Origin: a virus
Direction: 5' to 3' (one strand)
Virus record (IMG/VR): IMGVR_UViG_3300016482_000025
Location: 1-64,000 of that record
Length of the DNA: 64,000 bases
Below the pieces are notes generated by a model. The model was not told the DNA's origin. It did no database searches and saw only the letters and a list, made by a program, of their open reading frames with translations. Positions 8,485 to 17,240 of the stretch are shown here, one piece after another (positions within the stretch are counted from its first letter, which is position 1; each line of letters begins with the position of its first letter). The position numbers and the translations under genes were made by a program.

Positions 8485-8849
8485 TGTCTGGTGATGATGA
8501 TATTCCAAATGTGTATATTCAGCACGGTTCTCATTCCGTAGATAATACTACGGTGCATATTGTTGTTGAATATCCAGAGCCGTCTTTTCTAATTGGAAGC
8601 ACCAAGGCTCTTCGTAATTTTGATACTCTTAACAATATCTTTTATGAAGAGAATGATTATCGTCTTGGTAGTGCAATTATTCGTCTAACTGAAAAGAATG
8701 ATCGTCTTTATATTGCAACAAGCACTAATGACTATGGTTATGATGTTTATGTGAATGGTGTTGAAAACGCCAAGATTGTTGCTGAGACTATTCGCAACAT
8801 TCGTGTTGCGATGAATAACAATAAGCGTATGTCTGCTAAGATCGTGTAA
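8484..8849 (+). CDS. hypothetical protein with N-terminal PNVYIQHGSH motif
   Basis: MSGDDDIPNVYIQHGSHSVD; the same decapeptide as in the ADP-ribosyltransferase island at 48.4-53.4 kb. Confidence 0.6.
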   Translation: MSGDDDIPNVYIQHGSHSVDNTTVHIVVEYPEPSFLIGSTKALRNFDTLNNIFYEENDYRLGSAIIRLTEKNDRLYIATSTNDYGYDVYVNGVENAKIVAETIRNIRVAMNNNKRMSAKIV

Positions 8850-8851
8850 CT

Positions 8852-9361
8852 TTGGACCCTAGGTTCTTAACTGAGCCTAGGGTATCCTCATTTAAAAGGA
8901 TTGTAACTTTGATCACACTTCAAAGGAATTATGAAGGACTTTACGTTTCAGAATTGATTGAAGATAGATACCAAATACTTCAATCTTCTGTAAACAAGGA
9001 ATTCTTCATTTATGACCATTCGAAAGAATCCAATATTGTTTCTAATACTGATTCTATTCTTTATTTTGATTCTATAGAAGCAGCAGAACGTTTTATTAAA
9101 AAGACACCGCCACCAAAAAAGGTGAAAACTTATATTAATAAAACTGTAACTAAGAAGCAATCGGTTCGTAAGGAAACCGCTCTATCTTTGATGCGTGATC
9201 TAATTTTGAATTCAGAATTGGATGATGAACAGATTGCACAGAAAATCCTTGAAACCTATCCGGCTTCCACGTATAATAAGAGCATGGTAAAATTTCAGCG
9301 CAAGAAACTTGTGCAGGAGAATGGTGATGGTGAGTGGTTTGAAGATAACGGAACAGTTTGA
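8852..9361 (+). CDS. hypothetical protein (start unresolved)
   Basis: 169-codon frame with no in-frame ATG in the first ~100 codons; canonical AAAGGAATTATG at 8931 is in another frame. Confidence 0.35.
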   Translation: MDPRFLTEPRVSSFKRIVTLITLQRNYEGLYVSELIEDRYQILQSSVNKEFFIYDHSKESNIVSNTDSILYFDSIEAAERFIKKTPPPKKVKTYINKTVTKKQSVRKETALSLMRDLILNSELDDEQIAQKILETYPASTYNKSMVKFQRKKLVQENGDGEWFEDNGTV

Positions 9362-9536
9362 ATTGAACGGAAACACTTGGATTTATCGCCTTTATCATGA
9401 TGGTGATATGATCGCATATGGTGATCGCAATCATACACAAAGGGATTGCCTACGTAATGCCATGCGTGCTAAGATCAATTATATTGCAATGATAGAGGAA
9501 CAGAAGAGTTATGTCGGATCGGGAACAGTTAATTGA
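9321..9536 (+). CDS. hypothetical protein
   Basis: ATG 9321 or 9327 after AGGAG. Confidence 0.4.
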   Translation: MVMVSGLKITEQFELNGNTWIYRLYHDGDMIAYGDRNHTQRDCLRNAMRAKINYIAMIEEQKSYVGSGTVN

Positions 9537-9717
9537 AATTCTTAAACGAAATGCGCCTGTTTTGTATGATGATTTGATCCGGGGTAATTCTTATGATCGA
9601 ATCTATGCAAAGCACATTAATGAAATGGTCGCTGAGATTGAGGATACTTATCGTCTTGACAGTTGTTATAGTTATGAAATGGTTATTCTGATCAACCATA
9701 TTTTGAAAGGAAAGTAA
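9511..9717 (+). CDS. hypothetical protein
   Basis: 68-aa ORF, packed array. Confidence 0.45.
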   Translation: MSDREQLIEILKRNAPVLYDDLIRGNSYDRIYAKHINEMVAEIEDTYRLDSCYSYEMVILINHILKGK

Positions 9718-9718
9718 A

Positions 9719-9931
9719 ATGCCACAGATTGATATTCCATTTGAAGCTCTTGACGCAATTGTGATTGGTGCACTCAAGGATCATATTGAGTGTCTTGAAA
9801 TTAATCAAAAGACCCTTCAAGATATTATTGATGCTGGTGGTGATCTTGAAGATTATCAGAAGGTTGATTATTATGACAACGCTGATATGATGCGAGCCAT
9901 GAACAAGATTATTGATTATTTTGGTGGTTAG
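9719..9931 (+). CDS. hypothetical protein
   Basis: 70-aa ORF, packed array. Confidence 0.45.
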   Translation: MPQIDIPFEALDAIVIGALKDHIECLEINQKTLQDIIDAGGDLEDYQKVDYYDNADMMRAMNKIIDYFGG

Positions 9932-9932
9932 T

Positions 9933-10292
9933 ATGAAACATAAAGATGAATTCTATTATGTAATGACTGGAATGCATAATGGAATGGTAGCAAAATTTGA
10001 ACCACAAAAAGATGGCTCATATCGCCCACAACATTATATCAAAATCCGTTCTGGTATTTTTTTGAATTGCGAGGGTGGATATGGTATTGATGAAGGTTTT
10101 GTTAAATGGGCGCGTGACAATTTTTATTTGAAGATTGTTCGTGTTCATTATGGATGGAGCAAGGCACGTGTTACCAAGGCCGAATTAACTGATCATGGAC
10201 GTGATTTTATTTTAAAAGAAATGAAGCGACGCAAAGAGACAGAAGGTGAATTGCGCTATTATCCTGCTGGATATCCCCTAGAAAGGCGTTGA
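9933..10292 (+). CDS. hypothetical protein
   Basis: Start moved to ATG 9933 (MKHKDEF). Confidence 0.5.
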   Translation: MKHKDEFYYVMTGMHNGMVAKFEPQKDGSYRPQHYIKIRSGIFLNCEGGYGIDEGFVKWARDNFYLKIVRVHYGWSKARVTKAELTDHGRDFILKEMKRRKETEGELRYYPAGYPLERR

Positions 10293-10317
10293 CAAGCTTT
10301 CGAAATAGCTATATATT
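10289..10317 (+). promoter_or_regulatory. sigma70-type early promoter
   Basis: TTGACA, 17 nt, TATATT. Confidence 0.6.
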
Positions 10318-10340
10318 GGCTTCAAGAAAGGGATAGAGCA

Positions 10341-10490
10341 ATGGAAAAGGTTAGTTTCACTGTTCAGCTTAAGAAGCCTCGCAATCCTCTCTACAAAGAG
10401 CTTGCAATGCTTGGTAAGCGTGTGGTAAAGTCTAAGAAGGGTCGCGGTTCTTATTCCCGTAAGGGCCGTGATCGCAACAATTCTTTTTAA
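10341..10490 (+). CDS. small basic protein (49 aa)
   Basis: MEKVSFTVQLKKPRNPLYKEL...; first ORF after promoter 10289-10317; below the ORF-track cutoff. Confidence 0.4.
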   Translation: MEKVSFTVQLKKPRNPLYKELAMLGKRVVKSKKGRGSYSRKGRDRNNSF

Positions 10491-10505
10491 AATAGAGGAA
10501 AGATC

Positions 10506-10781
10506 ATGCCTGTTAGTAATGATATCCGTCGCGATAATTCTTATTGGGTGAAGCGGCGTAATGAGTGGCGTAGCCGTTATAAGGCTCTTGCAAATGAGAT
10601 TGCGTATTACAAGCATGAGATTAGGCTTGCTGATATGCGTCAGCACTATGATCTTGTGCGTCAGATGCGCGTTGCTCTTTCTGCATTGCAGGATCGTGCG
10701 CGTTCTATGATGTTTGATCGTGAGTATATCATTTCTGGTATGCTTCGCGCTACTGCCTACCGTTATGAGGATATGGAGTAA
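10506..10781 (+). CDS. hypothetical protein (IRRxNS family, paralog A)
   Basis: Alignable along its whole length with the ORF at 11809-12066 (IRRDNSYWVKRRNEWRSRYKALANEI vs IRRENSKAIQRRDIWRLKYKKIANLI). Confidence 0.55.
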   Translation: MPVSNDIRRDNSYWVKRRNEWRSRYKALANEIAYYKHEIRLADMRQHYDLVRQMRVALSALQDRARSMMFDREYIISGMLRATAYRYEDME

Positions 10782-10786
10782 TCCAA

Positions 10787-10951
10787 ATGGGTAAGACTTA
10801 TCGTGCTGACAAGCGCAATTATTGGGATCGTGATGAATATTATGATCGCGATAAGAAGCGTGACAAGAAGATTACTAAACACGAAAAGCGTGTTTTTCTT
10901 TCGAAGAACATGAAGCGTCGAATTGAAGATGATCGTAGTGAGGATGATTGA
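10787..10951 (+). CDS. small basic protein (MGKTYR family, 54 aa)
   Basis: MGKTYRADKRNYWDRDEYYDRDKKRDKK; shares its N-terminus with the ORF at 2540-2821. Confidence 0.4.
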   Translation: MGKTYRADKRNYWDRDEYYDRDKKRDKKITKHEKRVFLSKNMKRRIEDDRSEDD

Positions 10952-10952
10952 A

Positions 10953-11297
10953 ATGGATGCAGAAGAAATGGGTAAGGTTTTTGCCCGCGTAATGATGTTT
11001 CTAATTTTGTTTCCTCTTGGTATCTACGTTCATGCTCTAACTATTTCCAAGCTTTGGGAGTGGTATGTTGTTTTCCAGTTTGGAGTTGCAACGCTTCCTC
11101 TTGTTGTGGCTTGGGGTCTTAGTATCTTTGTAAAGTTTATCTCCATGAATATCTCTGATTTTGAGATTCTTTACACTGATAATAAGAAGAGTGAAACCGG
11201 CATTGTTAAGTATGATTATCTTAACAAGATGGGTTTGGGTTTGTTCTTTTCCCTATTCACTCTTTTTCTTGGATGGGTTGGCACTTTCTTTCTGTAA
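10953..11297 (+). CDS. membrane protein
   Basis: Start moved to ATG 10953; three or four hydrophobic segments. Confidence 0.5.
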   Translation: MDAEEMGKVFARVMMFLILFPLGIYVHALTISKLWEWYVVFQFGVATLPLVVAWGLSIFVKFISMNISDFEILYTDNKKSETGIVKYDYLNKMGLGLFFSLFTLFLGWVGTFFL

Positions 11298-11312
11298 ATT
11301 TGGAGACAAACC

Positions 11313-11567
11313 ATGATGGTTCGTTATACACTTCGGGAAGGTGAGGATGGGAAATTCCTCACCAATCTTGTAACTAGACATTTTTCATATGATAAGCCAT
11401 ATGTAACTTTGCCTTCATTTGATGAAGCATATAATATGCGTCGTGAGATTGTCACTTATCGTAAGCAACAACAGGCTAATTATAGTGGTAATCTTCATTT
11501 TTATAATACAGATATTCGTATTGTCCGTGTTGAAACTACATGGGAAAATATGAGTATTGATGGTTGA
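11313..11567 (+). CDS. hypothetical protein
   Basis: 84-aa ORF with GGAGA upstream. Confidence 0.5.
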   Translation: MMVRYTLREGEDGKFLTNLVTRHFSYDKPYVTLPSFDEAYNMRREIVTYRKQQQANYSGNLHFYNTDIRIVRVETTWENMSIDG

Positions 11568-11592
11568 CAGCATCACATAACTTTGGTATCAT
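11564..11592 (+). promoter_or_regulatory. sigma70-type early promoter
   Basis: TTGACA, 17 nt, TATCAT. Confidence 0.55.
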
Positions 11593-11616
11593 ACACCCCT
11601 AACTTGGAGAATGAAC

Positions 11617-11784
11617 ATGTTTATCGTTATGATGACTGATAAGAACGGTTCCGTTGTTACCGAGAAGTTTAATAATCTTGATTGTGCACTGGCGTTTGCC
11701 GAGTCCCGTAAGAATGATTTTTCTTTTAGGATTCAGCCGCTTTCTGCCCATGCTTCGTGGTCGTTTAAGTCGGCGGCAAACTAA
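11617..11784 (+). CDS. small hypothetical protein (55 aa)
   Basis: First ORF after promoter 11564-11592; GGAGA upstream. Confidence 0.4.
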   Translation: MFIVMMTDKNGSVVTEKFNNLDCALAFAESRKNDFSFRIQPLSAHASWSFKSAAN

Positions 11785-11808
11785 ATAAAACCAATAGGAG
11801 ATTATAAA

Positions 11809-12066
11809 ATGCGTGCAAGTGAAGAGATTCGGCGGGAAAATTCTAAGGCCATTCAGCGGCGTGACATTTGGCGCCTCAAGTATAAGAAGATTGCTAATCT
11901 TATTAAGCTTTATAAGCAAGAGGTAAAGTATATTGAAAGCCGTGGTTGGTCGGCTGTTTCTCAGCGTGCTATTCTTCGCTCTCTCCAAGGTGATGCTTTT
12001 AGCCTTATGATTGAGCGTGAGTGGATTGCCGAGGATTTGAAGGCTACTGCATATCAATACGAATAA
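11809..12066 (+). CDS. hypothetical protein (IRRxNS family, paralog B)
   Basis: Paralog of the ORF at 10506-10781. Confidence 0.55.
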   Translation: MRASEEIRRENSKAIQRRDIWRLKYKKIANLIKLYKQEVKYIESRGWSAVSQRAILRSLQGDAFSLMIEREWIAEDLKATAYQYE

Positions 12067-12082
12067 TAAGAAAGAATAATAA

Positions 12083-13147
12083 ATGAGTAGATTAACTAAA
12101 GAAGATTGCATTGATGAATTACAGCGTGTCATGCTGGAATATCCAGATAAAACCATGACACGCAATCTTTTCAGAGAACATGCTGAAATTAGAGAATCAG
12201 ATTGGCTTAAGTTATTCGGGACATTTGAAGAATTTAAACGTCAGGCTGGTATTAATCCTTCGCGTCTAACAAAACAAATTGATAATCATGTAGCAAAACA
12301 TTCGTCAATTGATAATCTACGTTTGTTCAATAAACAAAAAATTGGTTATGAAGATAAGTATTTAAAACCAAGTGGTAGTAGATATCAAACAATCATTCAT
12401 GCAACAGATATTCATGATAGAAATTGTGATCCGTTTTGGGTTGAAGTGTTTCTTGATACATTGAATAGAGTTAAACCGGAGAAAATTATTCTTGGTGGTG
12501 ATCTATTTGACCTTCCAGAGTTTGGTAAATATTCAATTGATCCTAGAGAATGGGACGTTGTAGGAAGAATTAAATGGGTTCATGATTTTCTTCAAGATAT
12601 CAGAGCAGAAAGCCCAAATTCTGAATTAATCCTTGTTGAAGGTAATCACGAATATCGTCTTCTACGTCATTTATCAGAATCCTCTCAATCAATGAGAGTT
12701 ATTCTTTCAGATTTACATGGCTTTGATGTAGCAAAACTACTCGGCTTGGATGACTATGAAGTGAATTATATTTCAAGAACCAATCTGGCAACATTCACGC
12801 AACGTGATATTAAAGAAGAATTAAATAGAAATTATTACATTGCATATGATTGTTACCTAGCACATCACTTCCCTGCCGGTGAGAAGATGGGCCTTCCAGG
12901 CGCCCATGGACACCATCACAGGCACAAGGTATCACAGCACTACAGCCCGGTATTTGGCGCCTATGAGTGGCACCAGCTAGGAGCAGGACATAGGCGTATG
13001 GCGTCCTATTGTGCCGGTGAGCAATGGGGTATGGGCTTTTTGATAGCACATATTGATACAGTTAAGAAACATGTTGCCCATGAGTATGTTCAAATTAGAG
13101 ACGATTTTGCAATCGTAGGAGGAAAATTCTATGAGCGTAAAAGCTAG
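12083..13147 (+). CDS. calcineurin-like metallophosphoesterase
   Basis: ATDIHD, GGDLFD, EGNHEY and His-rich GHHHRH motifs in the order expected for the metallophosphatase fold. Confidence 0.6.
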   Translation: MSRLTKEDCIDELQRVMLEYPDKTMTRNLFREHAEIRESDWLKLFGTFEEFKRQAGINPSRLTKQIDNHVAKHSSIDNLRLFNKQKIGYEDKYLKPSGSRYQTIIHATDIHDRNCDPFWVEVFLDTLNRVKPEKIILGGDLFDLPEFGKYSIDPREWDVVGRIKWVHDFLQDIRAESPNSELILVEGNHEYRLLRHLSESSQSMRVILSDLHGFDVAKLLGLDDYEVNYISRTNLATFTQRDIKEELNRNYYIAYDCYLAHHFPAGEKMGLPGAHGHHHRHKVSQHYSPVFGAYEWHQLGAGHRRMASYCAGEQWGMGFLIAHIDTVKKHVAHEYVQIRDDFAIVGGKFYERKS

Positions 13148-13478
13148 AAACCCAAAACAAAAACCATGTCCAGAAGATTTTGATACATTTGATCATTTTA
13201 TTTTGTGTGCATATGATGCTCAAGAATGGTATGATGGATTGAGAAAATATACCAAGGCTGTTTTTAATCAAGACCGTCCACCAGAACAACATGAATTGAA
13301 CATCATTGCAGAGCAGCAAGCGCATTGGGATTTTTATAAGAAAATGCGTGAGGATTATTGGGAAAAAAGAAGAAAATATGAAGCAAGCATTCCTGTTTCT
13401 ATTGATACAACCAAATCATTTAGAGAAGTAGAATTGGGGTGTCGTTGTCAATGTCGTTGTCCTTGTCAGTGTGATTAA
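13131..13478 (+). CDS. hypothetical protein with Cys-rich tail
   Basis: 115 aa ending GCRCQCRCPCQCD. Confidence 0.45.
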   Translation: MSVKARNPKQKPCPEDFDTFDHFILCAYDAQEWYDGLRKYTKAVFNQDRPPEQHELNIIAEQQAHWDFYKKMREDYWEKRRKYEASIPVSIDTTKSFREVELGCRCQCRCPCQCD

Positions 13479-13577
13479 ATGAAATCATTTTTAAGATTGT
13501 GGGGGTTTCCTATTTTATATTGTATAGGACTTATTTACTATAGATGTAAAAAATTTATATCGGGTAAATAAATCTTA

Positions 13578-13605
13578 TTGACAAACAGTTTTGAATGTGT
13601 ATAAT
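13578..13605 (+). promoter_or_regulatory. sigma70-type early promoter followed by a 5' stem-loop
   Basis: TTGACA, 16 nt, TATAAT, then GGCCGC-ATATC-GCGGCC. Confidence 0.6.
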
Positions 13606-13643
13606 AGGCCGCATATCGCGGCCTTTATGTTATGAGGTTTATA

Positions 13644-14045
13644 ATGAACAGTCTTTCTTGGAGCATCTATGTTATTCAAATTTTGGGCAGCCTGGATATC
13701 TTTCTTTCTTGGCTTGCTGGATTTTTGTTTTTTACTGGTGGTGTAGCATTTGTAATTCGAATTGTTACAGCCGACGCAAAAGACGCCGATGCACAACAAA
13801 TTCATGCTAAGATGATGCGCTATGTTAAATGGGCAATTTCTTGTGGTTTTGTTGTAGCATTTATAAACGTTGTTGTTCCTGATAGGAATACCATGTTACT
13901 AATTGCCGCTTCCCAAATCGGTGAGCGCGTGGTATCATCAGAAGCAGTCCAGAATGTTGTTGATCCTTCTGTTGATCTTCTAAAGACTTGGATTGAAGAA
14001 CAGACTCGTTCTCTGCGTCGTGGTAGTGAAGGGAATATGCGATGA
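13644..14045 (+). CDS. membrane protein
   Basis: ATG 13644 after GAGG; hydrophobic segments; downstream of promoter 13578-13605. Confidence 0.5.
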   Translation: MNSLSWSIYVIQILGSLDIFLSWLAGFLFFTGGVAFVIRIVTADAKDADAQQIHAKMMRYVKWAISCGFVVAFINVVVPDRNTMLLIAASQIGERVVSSEAVQNVVDPSVDLLKTWIEEQTRSLRRGSEGNMR

Positions 14046-14923
14046 TTATTCATGATCTAGTAAAAGAAAAACTAATCTCCACCCCAAAGTGGTTGCCTGA
14101 TAATACCCATTACCTTACAGTGATGGGTTCCGAGGCTTATGGTGTGTCCAATCGTGGTAGTGATATTGACGTTTATGGTTTCTGTATTCCTCCCAAGAAT
14201 GTTGTGTTTCCTCATACCGCTGGTGTAATTAAGGGTTTTGGTGATCAGGGAGAAATCTTTGATCAATGGCAGCAACATCATATCAAGCGCAATGACAAGG
14301 AATTTGACTTTCAAATTTTCTCAATTGTAAAGTATTTTCAGCTTTGCATGGATAATAATCCTAATGCACTGGATTCTATTTTTACTTATAGAACGTGTGT
14401 AATTCATTCTACTCCAATTGCAGAGCATATGAGGGAAAACCGCCGTCTGTTTCTACATAAGGGAGCTTACCACAAGTTTAGGGGATATGCTTATTCTCAA
14501 TTGAGCAAGATCAAGAATAAGACGAATAGCTCTAATCCTAAGCGTGCTGCTGATATTGTTGAAAATGGGTATGATACCAAATTCGCTTATCATGTCGTGC
14601 GTTTGGCTTTACAGGCACAGCAAATCCTGCTAGCATGTGACATGGATATTATGGCTAACAGGGAAGTCTTGAAGTCTATTCGTGCTGGTGAGTGGACTCT
14701 TGAACGTCTTACATCTTGGTTTGATGAACAGGAAAAGGTTCTAGAAAGTCTATATGCATCTTCTACGTTGCGTCATGTTCCTGATGAAGCCGCTATCAAG
14801 CGTGTTCTGATGGAATGCCTTGAAATGCACTATGGTTCTCTTGATAGTATTATTTCCAAGAATTCAGAAGAAAATAATCTTCTTATGGATTTGCAACATC
14901 TTGTTATGAAATATAGGAGTTAA
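14042..14923 (+). CDS. Pol-beta-superfamily nucleotidyltransferase (RNA-repair-associated RlaP-like type)
   Basis: GSEAYGVSNRGSDIDVYGF matches the GS-x-YG...SD-x-D nucleotidyltransferase signature. Confidence 0.5.
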   Translation: MIIHDLVKEKLISTPKWLPDNTHYLTVMGSEAYGVSNRGSDIDVYGFCIPPKNVVFPHTAGVIKGFGDQGEIFDQWQQHHIKRNDKEFDFQIFSIVKYFQLCMDNNPNALDSIFTYRTCVIHSTPIAEHMRENRRLFLHKGAYHKFRGYAYSQLSKIKNKTNSSNPKRAADIVENGYDTKFAYHVVRLALQAQQILLACDMDIMANREVLKSIRAGEWTLERLTSWFDEQEKVLESLYASSTLRHVPDEAAIKRVLMECLEMHYGSLDSIISKNSEENNLLMDLQHLVMKYRS

Positions 14924-14925
14924 AA

Positions 14926-15021
14926 ATGGAATGTAATAGTGTTAATTGGCCCGGAGCCGTAGGATTGATTGCTTGTCTTTTATTCATTTTTTTCTTTGTA
15001 AAGATGCTTTTGAAGGATTGA
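14926..15021 (+). CDS. small membrane protein (31 aa)
   Basis: AGGAG, 5-nt spacer, then ATG; MECNSVNWPGAVGLIACLLFIFFFVKMLLKD. Confidence 0.35.
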   Translation: MECNSVNWPGAVGLIACLLFIFFFVKMLLKD

Positions 15022-15025
15022 GATA

Positions 15026-15400
15026 ATGGGCACTAAAATCATTGTTCCGTTCAATTATGTTTGTGTTGATGGTTATCAACATATTATTAATTTGACACAT
15101 ATTGCTAGCGTTTCTCTTAGAAATGAGAAGTATTGGGATAATAAGAATAAGTGTTATCTTACTGAATTCCGAGAAGAAAATAATTCATGGTGGCGTAAGC
15201 TTATTTCTGGTATGGATACTAGGACAATTTCAATTTCACATGAATATGTTGCTGTTCCTCCCGCTGTTATCATCGGTTTAAAAGATGGTAAGGAATTGAA
15301 GTTTACTTACGATTGTCGTCAAGATGCTATTGACGCAATGGCTTCTATTATGCTACAAATTCATGACCCTAAAGTTGGAGAGACAATTTTCTATGACTAA
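15026..15400 (+). CDS. hypothetical protein
   Basis: 124-aa ORF. Confidence 0.5.
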   Translation: MGTKIIVPFNYVCVDGYQHIINLTHIASVSLRNEKYWDNKNKCYLTEFREENNSWWRKLISGMDTRTISISHEYVAVPPAVIIGLKDGKELKFTYDCRQDAIDAMASIMLQIHDPKVGETIFYD

Positions 15401-15926
15401 TACTTGGTTTACATCGGATACCCATTTTGGGCACGCGAATATCATTCGTCTTTGTAAGCGTCCTCACAAGGACGTTACGGAAATGGATGAAGATTTGATT
15501 GAGAAGTGGAATTCTGTTGTCAAGAGTGGTGACACTGTTTATCATCTTGGTGATTTTGCTTTCCGTGGTAATGATGATAAGACTACTGAAATTTTCAATC
15601 GTCTTAACGGCAATAAGATTCTTATCAAGGGAAACCATGATGATAATCATACTACTCGTAATCTAAAGTGGCAGGCTGTTCATCAATATCTTGAAATCAA
15701 GGGATTTTCTGGTCTTGACAGGCTGGTGCTTTTTCATTATCCTATGCGTGAATGGAACGGGTGGTATCGTGGCGCCGTGCATCTTTATGGTCACTGTCAT
15801 GACACCCTTCCTCTCAAGAATAATTCTTGTGACGTTGGCGTTGACGCATGGGGGTTTCGTCCTGTAAACTACGATGAAATCGTTGCTGTTCTTGAACAAA
15901 ATCCTACAACCGAAAGGCCATTTTAA
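15393..15926 (+). CDS. metallophosphoesterase
   Basis: Start moved to MTNTWFTSDTHFGH; DxH, GDF, GNHD and GHCH motifs present. Confidence 0.65.
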   Translation: MTNTWFTSDTHFGHANIIRLCKRPHKDVTEMDEDLIEKWNSVVKSGDTVYHLGDFAFRGNDDKTTEIFNRLNGNKILIKGNHDDNHTTRNLKWQAVHQYLEIKGFSGLDRLVLFHYPMREWNGWYRGAVHLYGHCHDTLPLKNNSCDVGVDAWGFRPVNYDEIVAVLEQNPTTERPF

Positions 15927-15927
15927 A

Positions 15928-16200
15928 ATGAAGATCGTTATGAATAAGCCTGTTGAAGTTAATGTGTCTGTAATTTCAATTCATGCCAAGTGTTCTGATC
16001 GTTGTTTCACTTCTATTAAGAATGAAGATGGAGTGGTGATTCATGAGCAGGATGGGTATGTTCCGGGTTTCATGCCCGGAAACCATTACGGTGATTATAT
16101 CATTCTTGATATTGATGCTGAAACTGGTAGGATTCTGAATTGGAAGCGTCCTGATGAAGTGGTTGAAGGTATTCAAAATATGATTGAGCATGGTGATTAA
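15928..16200 (+). CDS. hypothetical protein
   Basis: Start moved to ATG 15928. Confidence 0.45.
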   Translation: MKIVMNKPVEVNVSVISIHAKCSDRCFTSIKNEDGVVIHEQDGYVPGFMPGNHYGDYIILDIDAETGRILNWKRPDEVVEGIQNMIEHGD

Positions 16201-16201
16201 T

Positions 16202-16423
16202 ATGAAGTGTTTTCTTAAGTGTGCTGGTGTTTGGTTAGCTGTTGTATTTGGATTTATGGTTTTTGCCATAATTCTTATTGCAATTCCTTATGCAATTGAA
16301 TCGTTTTGGGAAATGTTTTTTGATAAACAGTCATTTGCCTTTGCTCTTGCTGAGAATTCATCTGAAATTAATATTAGTGCCGATGATTTTTCTATTATTA
16401 AGAGGCATTATCCCGGTGTCTGA
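16202..16423 (+). CDS. membrane protein
   Basis: Start moved to ATG 16202; hydrophobic N-terminal half. Confidence 0.45.
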   Translation: MKCFLKCAGVWLAVVFGFMVFAIILIAIPYAIESFWEMFFDKQSFAFALAENSSEINISADDFSIIKRHYPGV

Positions 16424-16640
16424 GTTTCAACACTTCTTAAACAAAGACAAGTATGTTTCTTCTGTAGATTCAAATTGGAAGCGTTTTAGAATGTGTTCAA
16501 GAAAGAAAGTTTATACATTAAAAGCTGATGCGATTAATACATTACATAAACTTTATGGTATGCATCCAAAGCATATGCATGTTTATGAATGTTCTTTCTG
16601 TCACTTTTATCATCTAGGTCATAAGAAAAATGCAAGATAG
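16416..16640 (+). CDS. hypothetical protein, possible zinc ribbon (start uncertain)
   Basis: Candidate GTG 16416 overlaps the upstream stop; ECSFCHFYHLGH near the C-terminus. Confidence 0.3.
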   Translation: MSEFQHFLNKDKYVSSVDSNWKRFRMCSRKKVYTLKADAINTLHKLYGMHPKHMHVYECSFCHFYHLGHKKNAR

Positions 16641-16887
16641 TATAGCACAATTATATCTTCATACTAAAAATTCTCTAAGAATTCAAATAGAAACCTATCG
16701 TCGCTATGCAGATGAATGGCGTAAAGTTGAAGTATCTGAGAAAGCGCCGCATAATACACAAGAATATCGTGATAAGCACATTCAGTATTGGCTTTACAAG
16801 GCGGCAGAATTGGAGTATCTTATTGCCAAGGCTCCGGTAAAGATTATTGCTGTATATGAAGATGGAAAGGAACAGGTTTATGAATAA
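16630..16887 (+). CDS. hypothetical protein
   Basis: 85-aa ORF. Confidence 0.45.
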   Translation: MQDSIAQLYLHTKNSLRIQIETYRRYADEWRKVEVSEKAPHNTQEYRDKHIQYWLYKAAELEYLIAKAPVKIIAVYEDGKEQVYE

Positions 16888-17236
16888 GGGACATGTTATT
16901 AACGCAAAGATCGGTTACACTACTCTTGGTGTGGAAGATCATGGTATCATGACTTTCATGATTGGTATGGAATGGGATGGTTCTGGTCAAGGTATGGGTG
17001 GTTATGCTCTTGATTCTTGGAGTAAGGAACAAGACAAACGTGTTGGACATGCTGACTCTATCATGATGATTCGTGATATCATTGAGACTGTCGGTGTTGA
17101 TTCTTGGGAAAAGCTTAAGGGACAATATGTAAGGATTGTTCGTGAGTCTGATTCTTGGAGTGCACGAATCATTGGCATTGGACACATTGTTGAAGATAAG
17201 TGGTGCTTCCTTTCTGATTATTTTAAGAAGGATTAA
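16880..17236 (+). CDS. hypothetical protein
   Basis: Start moved to ATG 16880 (MNKGHVI). Confidence 0.45.
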   Translation: MNKGHVINAKIGYTTLGVEDHGIMTFMIGMEWDGSGQGMGGYALDSWSKEQDKRVGHADSIMMIRDIIETVGVDSWEKLKGQYVRIVRESDSWSARIIGIGHIVEDKWCFLSDYFKKD

Positions 17237-17240
17237 TAAA

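Noticed and set aside
10278-10646. 122-aa minus-strand ORF
   Set aside because: It is antisense to a promoter and to two well-supported plus-strand ORFs.
11599-12165. 188-aa minus-strand ORF
   Set aside because: It runs antisense across a consensus plus-strand promoter, two plus-strand genes with SD sites, and the start of the phosphoesterase gene. It has no SD and a junk-like composition.
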